A DNA stretch of 64,000 nucleotides, taken from assembly GCA_025603075.1 (NCBI GenBank), contig MU626336.1, positions 1-64,000 on the forward strand, given 5' to 3'. The stretch is from Neoconidiobolus thromboides FSU 785. Its lineage: Eukaryota > Fungi > Entomophthoromycota. A program made the translations under genes and the position numbers. The notes beneath the pieces were generated by a model. It saw only the letters and a program-made list of their open reading frames with translations, did not search any database and had not been told where the DNA came from. Every line of letters starts with the position of its first letter. The stretch's first letter is position 1. Below, piece after piece: positions 40,713 to 52,014 of the stretch.

Positions 40713-43700
40713 TTAACTAGCTTTACGAATCCTAAGATTACGCTTTGAAGAAATAGTAGTAGTAGTAATAGGTTCTACCTCAGTACTAAAATCATATTTA
40801 ACTCGATTTAAACGTCGAAGATTTCCTCTACTTTCAATTAATTGAGTATCATTTAATGTAGTTGATTTAAAATAACTAGAAATAATATGAATTATTATGA
40901 TGTAAATTATAATTATAATAATATTATTACTTTTTGATATTTCTTTTCTTTTTTAAATTGTTGTTTTTATTATTATTATTTGATTTCTTTTTATTTTTAG
41001 ATTCTTCTGAATAACTTTCCTATTAAAGTAAATTAGTATAATATAAAATAGTATATAAAATATATTTACAGCTTGGTCATCAAATATACTTTTATCAACA
41101 TATTTAATCTTTCTTTTTGGTATATAGACAATCGCATTACACTCTTTAGGAAATTTAAGATAATGATAATGACAATCAATAGTATCGTTATCTTTTGACA
41201 ATTCTAAATGAATTGAGCATTTTTCTTTTCTTTGCAGTCCATTGAAACAAAAACTTGGATCATCAGGATAATCATTTTTATCAATAATTAATGTCATTAA
41301 ATAATCTTCAATTGATTTTAGCCAAATATAAAATTGCTGTAATGTTTTAAATATAGTTTTGACTTCTGTCTTATTTATTTCTTCGTTGTATGCTTGAATT
41401 ATTTGTTTATAAGGATACGATTCTTTAGTCCAACTTAAAAGTATTTTATGATTTTGTTTAATTACTTTTTGATATTTAGTTAATTTACCAATCATTTTTT
41501 TACTCTCTTTTAAATTAGGTATACTATATTCAAATATATTATAACAACTTATAATTGATTCACTGAGTGATTTTAGTAAATCAATTTCTTGAATGATTTT
41601 ATTACCGAGTTCAATTGTTTCGTTTGATTTCATTAAAATAATTGAAAAATCATAAAGCAATGCTTTGATGTTTTTTAATTTATATATTATTTTATTCATG
41701 TAAATCTTATTGTATGCTTCAAAGTCTTTAATTTCAATTAATTCGTTACAATTATTAATTGATGCATTTTTTAATAATTCATTAAATGAAATTGGTGCTT
41801 TTATAAATGGTAAAATGGATTTTGAATATAATTCATTTGACTGTTCTGTATCCTCACGTATAAATGAAGCATAAGATGAAAAAGCATAAATAATATAAGT
41901 AAGCATTGTTTCTTTTGAATCAATGGCACTTTTAATGCCTAATTGAATTTCTTTCCATCGATTGAAAGTATCAAATGAATTGATAATATCCTGTTTATTG
42001 AATTTTATGTTTGTATATAATTCTTTTTCTCTTATGCCATCTTGATTTAAACTAGATAATAGCTGATTTAAAGACTCTTCGTCATTAACGCATTTCCATA
42101 CTGTTTTGTTTAATTCTCCTTCTTTATTGCCATCTGTCTCTTTATTATCAATATTGGTCTGTTCATTATTGATCTTGGTTTGTTCATTATTGATCTTAGT
42201 TTCTTCAGTAATATTGTTGGCTTCTTTACTGTCATTAATCATTTCTTCGTTATTTTCTTTAGATCCTTCAGTAATAACATTAATTTTTTTAGCAATGATA
42301 TTAGTTTCTTTATTATTAATATTTATTTCCTCGATGACAATATTAGTTTCCTCTTTATTAACATTGATTCCTTTGGAAACAACATTAACTTCTTCTTTAT
42401 CAATACTAGCTTCTCCATTATTAATCTCAATTACTTTTTTTACCATATAAGCTTCCATACTTTCGATTATAATACCACCCATATTTGCCCAATACCAATA
42501 TAATTTTCCAAATCGATCTTTGCCTAACAAAAGTGATCCAACTTTATTTAATACACCATTGTGTTGACCATGTAATTCTGCCACTTCAGATGAAGTATAA
42601 GTTTCATTAATCACTGCTTCCAAGTCTTTTGTATTTTTTTCAATATGAAATCTTAACATTTCAATATTCTTATCTACTCTATTAATTTCACTTTCTAATG
42701 CAACTATTTGTGCTTTAAGTAATGGTAATGGTGTATTATAATGTTGGATTGTAAATATTCTTAATGTTTCGATATGTTTATTCCTTAATGAAATTTCTGA
42801 ATTTAAGCTAATTTTCAAAGAGTCAACGTTTGTACTAATATCCCTAATTTTCTGCTCAAATGATGGTGTATAGGCAATTTGACATTCTATAAAAGTACCA
42901 AATGCAGGTTCATCATATATATTGTTCACAATTGCCTTTAATACTATTAATTTTTCAGCTGGAGTCCATTGAGTGATCTCTTTATCAAAAATATCTACGG
43001 TAACTTTAGAGCTTTTTCCTTTTTTAATTTCATTTATTGCTTCAGAAAAATCAATAGTTTTACTACTATTCCTTGGATCTCTAAAAGTTATCAATATTTG
43101 TGTCAACTCTATAACAAGAAAATGGTAATAGATAGAATAATAATCTAATGGGATATGTAGAATCAAGATCAAAAAATCAGGGGACGAAATAGTTAATGGC
43201 CAACCGCTTATTATTTTAGTCACAAATAATCTTAAGAAGTCAGCAACCTCTAAAACATCAAGTACCTTTTTAAATCCTAAAAAGGTATCTGTTCCTTCAA
43301 TTAATTCATTATCTAATGGATTGGCTTCAAATAGCTTTCTTGATTTATTTAAAACCTCTGGATCTAAATCATCAAGTATCTCTATCTTATTAACCTATGA
43401 AATTATTAAAAAACATTCCGAGTAATTTATACTACATACCAATTGACTGTATTTTATATTATGAGGAAGGATAGTTTCATAGGCTACATCTGTGTTCATC
43501 ATGGCCTGGTTATTTTTTACATTTATATTCGTCATGATTTGATTGTCTTGTACATTTGTGTTCATTATAGTCTGATTGCTTTGAGTAATTGTATTCATCG
43601 TAATTTGATTGATTTGTGCATTTGAAGGGGAGACAAATTTCTCAACCATACTCACATTGGATTGGATTTGAAAATTGGAAGTATAATTTGAAGGATAATT

Positions 43701-44073
43701 TGCTTTTTTGCCTTTCTTATTAGGATTTGATTCGATTAAAGAATTGATTTTGTATGGACTGGGTTTATATGAGTTTGGGGTTACAACTTCAAACTTTACT
43801 ACAATATTAATTTTAGAATCTTCTAACTTAATTATAGAGCCTTATATGATAAATAAGGAAGTTCATCATATTAGCTTTAGTATTATATTTACTTGTATTC
43901 AATTTGCCAAATTCGTTCTGTTGCGCATTTTGAGTATCATCAGTTAAATCTATTACCTCGTTTTTAGAATTCATTTTTTCAACATGGTTGTAAAGCTTTG
44001 TTTTTAGCAAGCCATCCTGATTTGACCTAGTATTAACCTGATCTTCATTTTTTTTAAGTGCAGATAATTTCAT
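40713..44073 (-). CDS. DDT/WHIM(WSD)-domain chromatin protein (ISWI partner, Ioc3/Itc1-like), multi-exon
   Basis: LEVADFLRLF (DDT-like), WTPAEKLIVLKAIV (WHIM1-like), LGKDRFGKLYW (WHIM2), WKCVNDEESLNQLLSSLNQDGIREKEL (WHIM3); exons join in frame through GT-AG introns. Confidence 0.75.
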
Positions 44074-44543
44074 TTTGAGAAGTTTTTGTTGACGAGCCTT
44101 TACAAATCTTTTTATAACAGTCAGGTTTTGAATAGAATTAACATTGTTATCATTTATGTCTAGATTAAAATTATGTCAGTTTATTTAATATATTTTGTTA
44201 TGTAGTTGCATTATACAACCAGTCCGTTTGATTTACCTTCAATTTTATTTGGCTCTGACATTTTGATATAATGGTTCTTTAAAAACTTTCAGTTTGTAAA
44301 ATATTATCTACGAATCAAGAATCCTTAATTTTAGCTAAAAAGAGTTACCAATTTTGAAATACCGAATTTTGAAATTTCCCTAATTTCTACTAGAAATTCC
44401 TAAATTGGAAGGAACGTTGTAAATTTTTAGCTTAATTCATGATTTAAACAACTTGAAATGGTGATTTTTAGCATCTTACTTTTGATGTATTATTTTTAAT
44501 AAAAACTGATAGAAAGCAAGAAAAATTAAAAGCAAAAGTATTT

Positions 44544-44641
44544 AGGGCTGTATTTTTTTGTTTAAGAACTTTGTTAACAATCTTTCTACTCAAATAGCGC
44601 TTAAAAAATGAGAAAGTAATAAAATCAAAAAAAACATCCCC
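44544..44641 (+). mobile_element. MITE-like element, copy J
   Basis: AGGGCTGTATTTTT...ACTCAAATAGCGCTT...AAAACATCCCC; flanks ATTT/ATTT. Confidence 0.85.
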
Positions 44642-45710
44642 ATTTATAGTTTCCTTGAAACTAAATGTCACAAGCCTTACCTTTTTGATGAATCTTTTTA
44701 CCTATTTGACGCATATTTTACTATGGCTAAATTTTTTAATGAAAGCTATAACAATATAAACTATACTAATTATTTTAATGTGTAAATATAAAAAATTTAG
44801 AACTTAACCTTCTAAATTTGGTTACATCAGGTTTCCCACTTTTTATTAAAATACAGTGAAATAATCCAAATAGCACACTCAATAAACCTTAAAATGGAGA
44901 ATTTTTTGAATTTGAGGAGTTGAGAAAGGATATCATTAAGTAAGCTTTATACCACCTTTCATATAAAGGTAAGGTAAATATGTTAGTTTGTTGTAAATTA
45001 TGGAACAAAACAATACCATCAATGCTATGAGAAGACATAGCCCCATATCATGATCATTATTATAGAAAAAAGTGTACGGTAGTTGTAAAAAATATGGACA
45101 TTATATTGAATGTTTGATATTAAAACACATTTGGAGCTACCAACTTACCTTTGGGTATATCCAAATAATACCAAACTTTATTCGTTTTTAGATGAATATT
45201 TTAAGAATGTAAGTTGTTTTGAAAATACTTAGATACTAGGCCTTTGGCATACTAATTGTATAAATGGTATGACAGATGAGGAATACATGGATAAAAATGA
45301 AATCCGTATCAAGGAATTATTCCAAAGTTTAGAACATCTAGGGCTTGATGATTTAAATTATTATTTTGCAACGTCGATTTTACCAAATTTATCATCAAAT
45401 TTGAATTTATTGATAATCAACGATATTTTTGATATTGAAGTTACTTGTTTTGAAGATTCATTAAATAAGTAGACGATTTGAGAAAGCTTCATATAATTTA
45501 TCTTGAACTCAAATTAGAAGATATGAGTTTCTTCTTAAACAAATCTTTTCCGCAATTGAATATATTGGATATGGGGAGTTTGGTTGTAGATGTTTCGGAG
45601 AATGAAGTTGTAGATTATGAATATATATAAATTTAAATAACTATTCAAACCTAACGAAACTCTATTATCAAGAATATCCTATTTTAGGATTCAATAAGGT
45701 ATCAAAGTTA

Positions 45711-45746
45711 AAAGAGTTAAAAGAGTTAAAAGAGTTAAAAGAGTTA
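45711..45746 (+). repeat. 9-bp tandem repeat (AAAGAGTTA)4, in-frame (LKE)n expansion
   Basis: Read directly; corresponds to the single LKEL of the intact paralogue. Confidence 0.9.
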
Positions 45747-46074
45747 ACATTGATGGGAGCTGACCTACTAGATGTGACTATAAATAAGGAGGTGTTTCCG
45801 GAATTAAACCAGCTAAATCAATTAAAGCTACACTGTTCTTTCAACTTTTCATTAAAACATTTATGTTTATATTTATTGTCAACGATCAGATATTTATCTA
45901 TTTATGTATAACCCTTTAATATTCCTAATCAAGGGAGTTTGTCTAAAAAATAATACAAATATAGTTGTTTTAAAACTAACAATCTTACTGGATGTTGGTT
46001 CTTTTGATTATATATATCGTATCGTATGCTGTATAACCTTGAAATGATAAATTGTGAATTCAAAGGCAACATAT

Positions 46075-46171
46075 GGGGATGTATTTTTGTGTTTAAGAAT
46101 TTTACTAACAATTTTTCCGCTAAATAGTGTTCGAAAATGGAAAAAATAATGAAGTCAAAAAAAACACTCCC
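46075..46171 (+). mobile_element. MITE-like element, copy K, inserted in the F-box pseudogene
   Basis: GGGGATGTATTTTTG...AAAACACTCCC; flanks ATAT/ATAT; the intact paralogue has a single ATAT at the homologous site. Confidence 0.9.
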
Positions 46172-46721
46172 ATATCACGTTTAAATCATAAAGTACCAAA
46201 GGATTCTAGTTTAACGAATATAAATATTGATTTTTATAACCGACCAAATTTATATGGTTTTATTGATTGTATTTTCAAATATTTTCAAATATAAAAATAT
46301 TTAATTATTAAATATAGATAGATATGTGATAAATTATGTGAATGATCCCAGGTTTTATTTTAAATAAAGTTGATATCTCAGTTTAATATATTATATTAAA
46401 ACTTATATCAACCTTTTGTAAATTATATGTATAATAATGGTTATAATACTGATGTTATTGAAAACATATACCAATTTCTAATAAAATCTCAATTTTTTAT
46501 AGTATTTACCTTTGTTTATTCTAAATAAACTACTTAGGAGCTGATTGGCCCTTTGGATATTTTATAATGTTGCGTAATGCTTTATGGATCAATGAATGTC
46601 ATTAAACTTGATTTTATGGAATGTCACTATTTAATCTCACAAACACGAAAATAACAATATTTGAATTAAACAAAAACTATCTTGTATTAATTGGATTTTT
46701 ATAGTTCCAACGAACCTTATA

Positions 46722-48032
46722 ATGAAGAGGCTACTAAAACTTGAGGGCTTAGAAAATGATGTACTCAGAGAAATTTTATGTCACCTTTCATCTAAAGATA
46801 AAGTTAAATTACTTTTATGCTGTAAAAGATGGAATAGAGTACTACTACCACTATTATGGGAAAATATGACTCCGAGCTACAGTTATTATTATAGGAAGCA
46901 GATGTATACTAGTTTTAGAAAATACGGTCATTATATTAAATATTTGGATCTCAAAACATTTGTAAATTTACCAATCCACTCTTCAGTTTATCCAAATTGT
47001 AACAAGCTTTATTTATCTTTAGACAATTATTTAAAAAACAAAATCCATTTTGAAAGTAGTCAGCTAACAGGTCTTTACTATACTAATTTTATTGACGATA
47101 TGAAAACAGAGGACTATATACTTAAGAATAAGATTTGTATAGAAAAGATATTCCAAAATCTAAAGTATTTTAAAATTCATAACTTAAGTATATATTTCAA
47201 AATATCAATCATACCATTATTACCATCAAATCTAAGCTCATTAGTAATCACTGACAGCTATGATAGTAGAGTGCCATATTTTGAATTCATGATAAATAAG
47301 TTCGATAATTTAAAGGTGCTTAAGTTAATTAATATTGAGCTTGGATTTAGGGATTTTATTTGTTTTCTAAATAAATCATTTCCTGAATTAGATAGGTTAC
47401 ATATGGAAGATATAATTGTTGAAGATTTGGAAGATTTAGAACAAATGTGTATAAATTTAAATAACTACCCAAAGCTAATGACACTCTACTACCAAGGAAG
47501 TTATATGTTATTATTTAATGGTACATCAAATTTAAAAGAACTGGTACTAAGTGCAGTTAGCTTAGAAAATACGGCTATAAATAAAGAGAAATTTCCAAAG
47601 TTGAATCAATTAACTTTGAATTATTGTGTCGATATTTCATCAAAGCAATTCTATTTGATATTTAACATGTCAACGATTACCTATTTAAACTTATTAATGT
47701 ACAATCATTTAGTGCTTTTAATTAAAGAAATTTACCCAAAAAATAACACAAATATAATTTCACTAAAAATTGTTAACCCTGTTTTAGATGCCAATTTCTT
47801 TAATTTTTTATATACATCATGCCCTATCCTATGTAACCTTGAAATAATAGACTGTGAATTTAAAAATGACATATCATTTTCAGATCATAAAATAATAAGG
47901 TATACTAATTTGACAAACGTAATAGTTAAGTTTTATAGTTATCCAATTGTAAATAGTTTTATTAACTATGCTTTAAAACATTTTAAAAATATTAAAATGT
48001 TTAGAATTTCAAATATAAGTAAAAGTGTATAA
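46722..48032 (+). CDS. F-box protein with degenerate LRR/RNI-like repeats, intronless
   Basis: LENDVLREILCHLSSKDKVKLLLCCKRWNRVLLPLLW (F-box), then repeated LKVLKL, LDRLHM, LKELVL, LNQLTL. Confidence 0.85.
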   Translation: MKRLLKLEGLENDVLREILCHLSSKDKVKLLLCCKRWNRVLLPLLWENMTPSYSYYYRKQMYTSFRKYGHYIKYLDLKTFVNLPIHSSVYPNCNKLYLSLDNYLKNKIHFESSQLTGLYYTNFIDDMKTEDYILKNKICIEKIFQNLKYFKIHNLSIYFKISIIPLLPSNLSSLVITDSYDSRVPYFEFMINKFDNLKVLKLINIELGFRDFICFLNKSFPELDRLHMEDIIVEDLEDLEQMCINLNNYPKLMTLYYQGSYMLLFNGTSNLKELVLSAVSLENTAINKEKFPKLNQLTLNYCVDISSKQFYLIFNMSTITYLNLLMYNHLVLLIKEIYPKNNTNIISLKIVNPVLDANFFNFLYTSCPILCNLEIIDCEFKNDISFSDHKIIRYTNLTNVIVKFYSYPIVNSFINYALKHFKNIKMFRISNISKSV

Positions 48033-48325
48033 ACTGTTTAAATGGTTCTGATGTTATTTATAATAAAGATATCTTTAATTAATTTTCTAGTTTTTGATTT
48101 TTTTCGGAAGCTTTGCTAAGAATCTATTTTAAAAGTAACTGTAGTATTGATCTTGTTACAAAATTCACTATTATTTTTGATAGCTAACCTTTAAACAATA
48201 GTTTCTGTGACCTAACATCACAAATGTATTGAATATCTCTAATATAAAATTTAGAATTGCTAAATTAAAAACTATTTTCTATTATTCCTCATTATTTATT
48301 AAATTATCAATAATTTTTATAAAAT

Positions 48326-48423
48326 GGGGGTGTATTTTTGTGTTTAAAGATTTTACCAACAATTTTTCTACTCAAATAGTGCTTAAAAGATAGAAAAAGC
48401 AATGAACCCAAAAAAACATCCTT
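48326..48423 (+). mobile_element. MITE-like element, copy L
   Basis: GGGGGTGTATTTTTG...ACTCAAATAGTGCTT...AAAACATCCTT; flanks AAAT/AAAT. Confidence 0.85.
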
Positions 48424-48625
48424 AAATATTTGTATAGATTGAAATACTATGTAGTAAATATTAAAGCATATTTATCATATTATTACCAGCTAGTTATTAA
48501 GGGTGTTAGCATAATATATCAAAATGCCTTTTTTATCTATTGCTCACTTCTTGATAAAGTTGGAAGCCATTGTTGAAAAGGTATCTCTCTATCATGAAAG
48601 ATTAAGAAATATCTGAGAAATATAT

Positions 48626-48721
48626 GCGGATGTATCTTTATATAAGAGTTTTACTAGCAACTTTTCCACTTAAATAGCGCTTAAAAGATAGAAAAACAAT
48701 GAAGCCAAAAAAAACATTCTC
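48626..48721 (+). mobile_element. MITE-like element, copy M
   Basis: GCGGATGTATC...CCACTTAAATAGCGCTT...AAAACATTCTC; flanks ATAT/ATAT. Confidence 0.85.
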
Positions 48722-49731
48722 ATATTTTTTAAATATGATTACGATTTTTTGTGTACTTTAAAAAAAGCAAAGCTCCCAACTGTTTTTTTCTAATAAATAG
48801 TAAAAACATGAGGTAAAGGAGAACATACCAGGTTATTAGAATGTAAACTTTAGGTAAGAGCTCCGATTTGGCTAAACTATCTTCGGCTTTAGATAGATCA
48901 ATTCATAACGGACTCAATTTCCGTTTCGTATAAACTATGCCAAGCAAAAGAAGGTGAAGAAACTGGAAAAAGACCAGCTTCATTATTGGTTGAGAGTTGA
49001 GCGTAATATGATGATTTGATTTTTTTAAGGACATGATATAATTTCATTTAGGGGTATAGAGCAATCATACACTTTAAGTATTATTTATTCACTTGTCTTT
49101 CTATCTTGAAAAAATTAAGTAAGCAACAAAAAAGTATAACTTTGAGATAAGTCTCATAACGTATTATAATAAGTTTATACAGCAATATAAACTACTATAG
49201 AGGAAATCACAAACAGCACTAATGTTGAAAAGTCTATTGCTAAAAACATTAATAAACTTTCAAGAATAATGTTTGATTCTAATTTTAAAAGAGATATCGC
49301 TAATCTCATCCTTATCTAACCCAATGTTATAATCTTTAAAGCCAATAGTTTGAGATAATAAAAAATTCAAGTTTTATAAATAAATGTCTATCTCTTATCT
49401 ATTTTCAAATATTTTTTAATTTTTACTTAATAAAATAGCTTATATAAGATATAAATTATTTTAATTTAAAACTTTTTACCATTGTTCCTAATAATATAAT
49501 GTAAAAACAGCGGGTAAAATGGTTATTTTAAACAATAAAATAGAAGTTATTAAATAGTTGAAGCCAAATTTAATTGATCTAATTTAATTATTAGCCTATA
49601 ATTAAAAATTTGAAAAATTACAATCTTTAGAACAATATCCCTTAATAAAGTATATTCCCAGGCATATAAACCTTATAAAAGTGAAAAAATCCATTTTATA
49701 CAAAATCAACTTTTGTCCTTTTTTCTAAAAA

Positions 49732-50526
49732 ATGGTTTCAATAACTGATTTCACCACCATAAACCACTGGAAAGAATTACCATTATCACAATGGTATCCT
49801 TACTTCAACCATCAACCTACTGCTATCTTTATAGCCATCACCTATTTAATAACTGTAAAATCATGTACCGAATACATTAAAAAACAAGCAGCAAAGGATT
49901 CGAAGACAAGCGGTGCCTTTAAAGCCTTCATGTTACTACATAATCTTGCCTTAGCTATTTACTCCTTCGCTACTTTTGCTTCCTTATTTATAACTATCTA
50001 CACTGCTGTATCCAACAGTGACTCTCTCTACGACACTTATTGCGACAAAAACCAAGTTGTATGGACTCAAAGTCTTTATTTTAACACTTGGTTATTTTAC
50101 TTATCGAAATACTGGGAGTTTATCGACACTTTAATTCTAATCGTCAAAAACAAAGTCCCTTCTCTTTTACAATGCTATCACCACTCTGGTGCTGTTCTTG
50201 GTATGTTTTATCTGTTTAACAGTTCTAGTCCTGGTGCTTGGATCTTTGTATTGTTAAATTCATTGATCCACACTATCATGTACATGTATTATTTTTTCAC
50301 TATTTTGGGATATAGACCAAAGTTTAAGAAGTATATTACGGGCCTTCAACTTACTCAATTCGTTGTTGGGTCTTGTTTAGCGATACCTTACTTTATTTGG
50401 CCAGAGTGTATTTCTTTAAAGCAAAAGTTGGCTATAGCTTTTAATTTAGTTTATGTCGTACCACTTATATATCTATTTATGAAGTTTGCTAAGGAAACTT
50501 ATACAGTGAAGAATAAGAAAAATTAA
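49732..50526 (+). CDS. ELO/GNS1-SUR4 fatty acid elongase with a QxxHH box, intronless
   Basis: FYLSKYWEFIDTLIL, LQCYHHSG, NSLIHTIMYMYY, KKYITGLQLTQF and a C-terminal KNKKN ER-retrieval-like tail. Confidence 0.93.
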   Translation: MVSITDFTTINHWKELPLSQWYPYFNHQPTAIFIAITYLITVKSCTEYIKKQAAKDSKTSGAFKAFMLLHNLALAIYSFATFASLFITIYTAVSNSDSLYDTYCDKNQVVWTQSLYFNTWLFYLSKYWEFIDTLILIVKNKVPSLLQCYHHSGAVLGMFYLFNSSSPGAWIFVLLNSLIHTIMYMYYFFTILGYRPKFKKYITGLQLTQFVVGSCLAIPYFIWPECISLKQKLAIAFNLVYVVPLIYLFMKFAKETYTVKNKKN

Positions 50527-50852
50527 TAGGATTATTTTGGTTTTAATAAAAAATATATATTAAGCTAATTTTATAAATGTTAACAGTTTTGCTTGATTTT
50601 ATGAATATTGATTAAATTATATTAGTAGTGTAATGATCATCTCTTTTAATCAATCTAAAAAAACATTTAAGTAAGCTATAACCTTATAAGAAAATGAACG
50701 GAACGAATATCTAAAGCAACTATTTGAAATACATTATAATAAATTATACATTATTTTAAATTTTGACTTCTGATTTCAATTAAATTCTCGAGCACAATTT
50801 TTCCGGCCAATCATTCTTAAAATTATTTCAAACTCAAAAAAATTCTACTTTA

Positions 50853-51818
50853 TTAAGGATTAAAATTGTCATACTTCAACTTAATGGTATCTAATTCCAC
50901 CACTGTATAATTTGAATTTACATTGAGATCACTCTGTAATTTTCTTAGACTTTCAGAATTAGCTTTCAATTCCAACGTGACCTCTTTGAAGGCAGTACTA
51001 TAACTTATTTGTTGAAACTGAAGCTTTTCTTTAAATAGCTTTAAACTTGAAGTGTTAGACTCTCCAATTTTCGAGGTGATTCTAGTAAGGTTTAAAGAGG
51101 CAACTCCTAATAAATAGTTAGGCTGGATAAAGTTATATAAGTAATAAATACCATATTCCATCATCATCAATAATGCTAATAAACCCAACCCTTTACCGCG
51201 GTAGGATTTTTCTATTAAATGAATTTTAGCAGGTTGTATTTGAAGATTTAACTTAGTTACCAGCTACCATAATCTCTATTTCGGCGCTATTCTTATCCTC
51301 AAAGTCATTCAAGAAGAGATTAACGTCACCGATTATTTCTATATTCAACTATAGTTAGTTTTTATCCTTTAATTTTAGAAATTATTTAAAAACACTAGAA
51401 ATAAAACTTACTTCCTTTTATTTGAGTTGTATCATTCGATTCATTAATCAATTCTTCCTTTTCAGCAACAAATAAAATAAATGTACACTCTATAAAGTAA
51501 TTAAATCATTTCACCTGTTATTCTATTTGTACTTACTATCTTCATCTTCCCTCCAACTATCTTGCATCTGATACTCTTCTTCTAAGCTTAAAGGTTCTGA
51601 TGCAGTCAATTCTAAAACATCGATTATTATCACTATCTCTTATACATTCACAAATAACAAACCTAATAATTCTTCAGTTTTCATCCATTGATGATACTGT
51701 GGAACATGCTCTTTTAAATAAGGGATCAGCCACAATCTATCGTTTTTCTTAATTTTTATTAGTTGTTGTTATTATTGCTTATTAAATTTACTAATATCGT
51801 ATTGCTATTAATTAACAT
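50853..51818 (-). CDS. NAT9: GNAT acetyltransferase, NAT9-like, multi-exon
   Basis: LIPYLKEHVPQYHQW, LTASEPLSLEEEYQMQDSWREDED, IGDVNLFL, AEIEIM, YRGKGLG, KIGESNTSSLKLFKEKLQF. Confidence 0.88.
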
Positions 51819-52014
51819 TTTGTCTAAAAATAATGAAACTGAGAAGTTAAAAGGTTTTAATTTTATCAAAATAAGCTTATCTTAATTTACTAAAAATGCT
51901 AATTTTTTAAAAATGAACTTTATATTGATAAATTTCAACAATTAATGACTAAAATAACTTTAATATCATCAAGTTATAATATTATTTGGATAATGGTAAT
52001 ACTATCTAGTAGAA

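Larger units (their letters stand above)
44893..46310 (+). pseudogene. F-box/LRR pseudogene, tandem paralogue of 46722-48032, interrupted by MITE copy K
   Basis: Colinear from the ATG (CACCTTTCAT, TGGAA, YGHYI codons, TATCCAAAT, AAATCTTTTCC, AACCTTGAAAT) with stops and frameshifts; similarity resumes after 46175. Confidence 0.85.

Noticed and set aside
48790-49030. GC-richer block with a signal-peptide-like minus-strand fragment (MKLVFFQFLHLLLLGIVYT)
   Set aside because: A stop follows within 10 codons, and there is no paralogue in the window to support a pseudogene call.
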